The position numbers and the translations under genes are program-made. DNA of 63,888 bases, filler included, from Asterionella formosa (taxonomy: Eukaryota): NCBI GenBank assembly GCA_002256025.1. It is 9 parts of 9 records of this genome, joined end to end, with 100 filler letters (N's around TTAATTAATTAA, not from the genome) between each part and the next. Parts side by side here need not be neighbours in the genome. Positions count along the whole stretch, not along the records: positions 57,774 to 63,888 come from NKIB01012603.1; 8 more parts are not named here. One strand, written 5' to 3'. The notes beneath the pieces are model-generated. The model was not told the origin of the DNA. It made no database searches and worked only from the letters and a program-made list of their open reading frames with translations. Shown piece after piece: positions 59,325 to 63,888 of this stretch (the first letter of the stretch is position 1; the number at the start of each line of letters is the position of its first letter).

Positions 59325-62300
59325 TTATTTGATCTCGAGCTTCATCTTAACATTCATGCCCGCCAACTCATTGGCCAAATAGCGGTACACATATGGTAGT
59401 ATGATTGGCTCCACAGAATCATCGTTGCCACCTTCGCGGGTGACAGCGTTGATGCACATTGGATTTCGACAGAAAAGGCGAAGCCGAGCTCGATTCGTGG
59501 CATCGGCGACACTTTGGCCAGCAGACAGAACAGTACTTCGTTCTGTAGTCGGTGACAACAAGTCACCACAGCGACTACACGCATATGCAACATGCTTATC
59601 ACTACAGTTCAGGAGTCTATCAAGGAGCAAGAAAGCAGTACCATGGCTTAGCAGTGAATCACGCTCCATTTCACCAAGTCGGATACCTCCACCTTTCTTA
59701 CGACCCTTGATAGGCTGCCGTGTTAATTGATTCACTGGTCCTGTTGCTCTCACTTGAAACTTGTCACCCACCATGTGCCGTAGTCGTTGATAATAGACGA
59801 CGCCAATGTAAAGATCAGCTTGCATCAGACAACCTGAAACTCCAGAATAAAGAGGTTCCGATCCATAGTAGTTATAGCCAGCCTTTTGCAATTGCTCTCC
59901 GAAGTAGTCAATAGCAAGTTTATCGCCCGACTCGTGGAACGAAAATGGTGTTCCTTCTTGAAACATCCCATGCAGAGCGCCGCTCTTGCCTGCCATGCTC
60001 TCGATTAGCATACCGATAGTCATTCGACTTGGGAATGCATGAGGATTTATTATCACATCAGGTGTGATTCCACTCTCACTGAACGGCATGTCCTCGTGCG
60101 GCCAAAGTATACTAAGCACACCTTTCTGACCGTGACGACTAGAGAATTTGTCGCCGATAACAGGATTACGATTGATACGCAATGTCACCGAAACCCGGTT
60201 CTCTGCGCTTTTGTCACTGTCATTGCCTAGCGCTCGGACTGTTTGAACATAAGCAGGTTCCTTCTCTTTGTGCTTTCCGACCCTTTCTTTCCCAGTTAAT
60301 TCATCGACAACGCAGTAAAGTGGTTCGCCTTCCTTCAACAAAGAGCCAACCTCAGGGAAACCATCGGGACCCAATGTCTTGTACTGCCATTCAAAGTTGC
60401 TATTTTCATCCTTGGTCTCCTTGTTTCCAAACTTCATGCGAGGCGTTTCGCCTGCCTTCATTGATGCTCCAGCCATTTTGGCTTCGTCTTCAAGGCTGAT
60501 TTGGATAGTCTTGTACACCGATGCGTGGCCAAATCCTCGTTCGTACGAGCCCTTGTTGAGAATCATTGCATCTTCCATGTCGAATCCAGTATAGCTGAGT
60601 ACAGCAACGACGGCATTTGTACCATTAGGATATTCATCCATCCGATATTCGCCATGTCGTTTGGTTTGGACAAGTGGTGCTTGCGGATTCTGCAATCGAT
60701 AGAGCTTGTTATCTGGCCGGAATGGTAGCGAATGTGCCGGCGTACCCATTGTTTGCTTTCCCATCTGGCACTGATACATATTCCGCGGACTCTGGTTATA
60801 ATCAGAGAATGGAGTCAAACTAGCAATGAGACTGAGCATGTTGTTCGGATCAAGCTCTTGGTGTGTTGTGATGCCCTCGCGGATGTCTTCGTCTAGACAG
60901 GCAATGTCCATAAAGGGCTGTTCCATTGGTCCAATATATTCAGTGCGCCCAGATGCTCGTTGAAGGACTGGTCGGATGAGGCGAGCGGCGCTAGTAAAGA
61001 GATACAGACCTGGATATGGAGCTCCGCTATTCCCTGCAGGAATCAGAGCGATTTCAAGAGTATGTGGGACTGTAGGCTCTTCGGCAACCTTGAGCATTCT
61101 CAAATGTATTGCGATGTTTCTACATATCTTGGGAGTAGCTCCCCCGATGATCTTTCCGTCTATGCACACTGGGAAATGAGAAAAAGTTGAAGCCGAACGG
61201 CCATCGTTCTTCTCCCCTCCTGCGCCGACTGGAGCCACTCCGAATGAAATTAACAATTCTTCCAAGTTGGTAAATTCATGATTTTCTCTGTTGGCGGGGT
61301 AAGCCAACACAGAGCACTTGAGAGCCATATGACTAAGCAAACCACATGGCCCACCATCAGGTGTATGCACTGGGCAAAGGAAACCCCATTGGTCAGGCAG
61401 CAATTTCCTCACAGCCGTGGTTTTCATTTCCATGAAAAACTGACCGCGATGAACAGATCGGAAATGTGCACAGTATCGGAGAAAGTTCAATCGTTCTGCT
61501 ACAATGGTGAATCCAGAGACCTGCATCAGATCTAAACCTGTTGTCGAAATGATGTTACCAGTTGAAAGAAAGTGCTGAACTTTCTTGCCAATACCACCTG
61601 CACTCAAACCAGAGTGGCGATCGACAAGCTTGCCCCAAAACTTCTGATCCTGAATATTATCCGACACTTTCTTAAAAGAAGTTCGCATCTCCTTGAGCAA
61701 TCCCAATCTTGTATTTTGCAACATTTCTTCAAACTTTTCCTTGACAAATGCTGTCATCAAGTGTCCTGGCAAGAGAATTTCTTGGTTCTGAAGGGAATCG
61801 GCATTATCCACTCCACAATTTCCAGCTGCGAAAGCGTACAACTTTCGCATCAAAAAAAGCAAGGATTCCAACTTGTCATTGTATTTGGGTAGATGGATCA
61901 ATATATAACGTCGAATCATATAATGTCCAACTTCCAGGTTGCTTGTGCTTTCGGCACGTTGACTTAGGTTTCGAAATCGTTCTCCAAGGTATTCAAGACA
62001 TTCATCCGGTGTGTTCAAATTTCCGAGTCGAGCTCGAGCTTCTTGTAATAGCAGCTCCGCGCGAGCCCGTAAAAACGTATTTGTTTCATCGCCTTGTACA
62101 ATACGTTTGAATAGTTCTTCGTCAGTGATTCCAATCCTTCCGCCTGCTGCAGCATCAGCAGCTGAAGATTCGCTTCCCGATAGAGCTCGAATAATTAGAA
62201 TGACAGGTATCAAAAATTCTTGTTTTTTCGCCACAAATTTCATTGAAGCTCCCCCCGTTGTCAAATAGTGAACAGTGTTGGTGACACTTGTCTGGTCGCC

Positions 62301-63136
62301 ACAAGCGCGCGAGCACCGAATAGCTACACCAAGATCTGTGTAAGTCGGTCCGCGATTCTTGTAATTGGATCGCTGAATGGCATTTGGGTGGTTCCGACGA
62401 GGAATTTGTAGCAAACGGACGCATCGTTCAATACCGTTGACAATAAAGTATCCACCAAATTCATTATGCTTGATTGAAATAGTCGAAGAATTGCGCTGTC
62501 AGCCGAAGCACGACGTTGAATACAGTGTAAAACTTAAAAGTGAGCCTGAAGACAACTTACCTCCTCTCTCAGATTCGCCAATTCCGCAGGAATAAGGCCT
62601 CTAAGATGACAAGCCTTACTCCCCACCATGATGGGCATTTTCCCAAACAGCTTTGGCATTTTCAAGATACGTCCAGGAATCTCCATTCCATTACGATGCT
62701 GTACTACTTGGAAGCAGAATTCTCCAGTCATCGCCCCCGAGTACATGAGCCCTAATTCGCGGCATTCTCGCGGAATGAGCTTGCTGTTCTGTCCTCCCAT
62801 TGTCGACGCTTGTTTTGTCGGCTTGGCAATCTTCACACTTTCCACCCAAAATCTGACCGTGTCAACTTCATTAAAATCGACGGCGCTGACACTGGGGTCT
62901 AAGAGATCTATCTCTGATGGCACAATATCCTGAATTCCTTTGGTCAATCCCAGTTCAATGAAGTAATCAAAGGATTCAACATGAGGAGCTGACAGCCCCT
63001 TGAGGCGATTGACATCTTCCTCCGAGGGAAGATGCGATCGACGAAAGGATGGGACGCTTTGAGGAACCGCATGCGTAGGAGTTATTTTGTTTGTTCTGCG
63101 CTTCTTGGGAGACGAGGACGTCGAGGAAGACGCCAT
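59325..63136 (-). CDS. RPA2: RNA polymerase I second-largest subunit (intron 62560-62469; about 1239 aa)
   Basis: PHVESF, EFGGYFIVNGIER, SVHRGQFF.EMKTTAVRKL, CPVHTPDG.PCGL, NQSPRNMYQCQMGKQ, GDKFSSRHGQKG and GGIRLGEMERD motifs; Pol I-type wording. Confidence 0.95.
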
Positions 63137-63888
63137 AGCTCACGATGGGATGAAAGCCGTAATCAGTTGAGTTGAAAGGTTGAGAGCAAGGCGACGATGC
63201 TGTTGTATATTATTTTGTTTTCGTTGTTCACGAGGCTACCGGTGATACCGGTTTTCATTGTCTCTAATCAAGAAATATGTGATGTAAACTTTTTAACTAA
63301 TTAATGCTCCATCGCTACCAGAGTACACACCACCACTGTCACACCACACTGCAATGAGAAAACAATAATATCCAGCGCTTTTTACATAAATGATAGATCG
63401 TTTTTTAATTAACCGGTGGAAATTTGAGCCTACACCGAGCAACAAACAAAATACCGGTACATCCTTCTATTTTATTTATATCATAGGATGAATGGCTGAC
63501 AATCCAAATCAATTTCATTCTTTCAAGAAGATGATTCCGAATTCCTAGGCCTTCGCCCACCTTTTTTGCTAGTCGAGGCAGTCGATACCACATCACATGG
63601 AGGACTAGTTGTCGTGTGAAAGAGGATACCGGTACCTGGTAGGAGTACCAGGGTACCACAGCTGTTTTAAATACCCCGGTATCTGCAAGTTGTGATAACA
63701 TTGCCAAGACGCCGATTTGGATAAAGGCCTGAAGATCCAATACAAAAATTATATCATAATCTGGCTAACTCGGACAATGGTTATCTTTCATTCGTGGCAT
63801 GATCATTTTGATTACTATTATGCTAGAATTCGATTTGGCAGGAACTACTAGTAGTAGTATTTTAGGGTCAAACTCATTCCCCCAATCG

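Larger units (their letters stand above)
2264..63660. repeat. Dispersed palindromic heptamer arrays (GGTACC[A/T])n in intergenic DNA
   Basis: Clusters at about 2264-2298, 5208-5255, 7427-7452, 7796-7870, 8070-8105, 27991-28040, 28400-28570, 29600-29632, 30085-30110, 31431-31468, 33565-33632, 42790-42850, 43418-43500, 50284-50452, 53365-53415, 57645-57673 and 63625-63658. Confidence 0.85.

Noticed and set aside
59354..62933. Numerous short ORFs antisense to or overlapping RPA2 (and likewise TAF1, EPL1, ORC1, the epimerase and RRF)
   Set aside because: These are shadow ORFs of long coding sequences with no recognisable motifs.

Overview
This window is eukaryotic nuclear DNA, almost certainly from a diatom: short GT-AG introns, an Lhc/FCP gene and a plastid RRF with bipartite presequences, Ambal-like LINE remnants, and an AdoMetDC-aminopropyltransferase-SET fusion. 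It is not one locus. Nine contigs of about 7.1 kb, sorted by decreasing length, are joined by artificial 100-nt linkers (N44-TTAATTAATTAA-N44), so gene neighbourhoods across linkers carry no meaning. Housekeeping genes include a LYR protein, TAF1 (split over two contigs), EPL1/EPC, a PUF protein, ORC1, a UDP-glucuronate 4-epimerase-like enzyme, a RING protein, HCF101-like protein, RRF, Lhc, mL54, IPK1 and RPA2. The most notable items are: (1) an ORF missing from the supplied track (1-1332, minus) that fuses an HExxH M50-like membrane metalloprotease module directly to a class-II glutamine amidotransferase whose nucleophilic Cys is internal, suggesting a self-activating enzyme; (2) a membrane-anchored glutathione peroxidase with an in-frame UGA at the catalytic site (selenocysteine) and a candidate SECIS; (3) a long-chain-polyamine fusion enzyme with a degenerate SET domain; (4) an ORC1 with at least three tandem BAH-like repeats; (5) a cytosolic LRR-pseudokinase; (6) a pervasive palindromic GGTACC(A/T) repeat enriched upstream of genes; (7) several repeat families (TA-flanked MITE, tRNA-derived SINE-like repeat, TRIM-like LTR element, Crypton remnant). 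All family assignments come from motif recognition by eye; no database searches were run.
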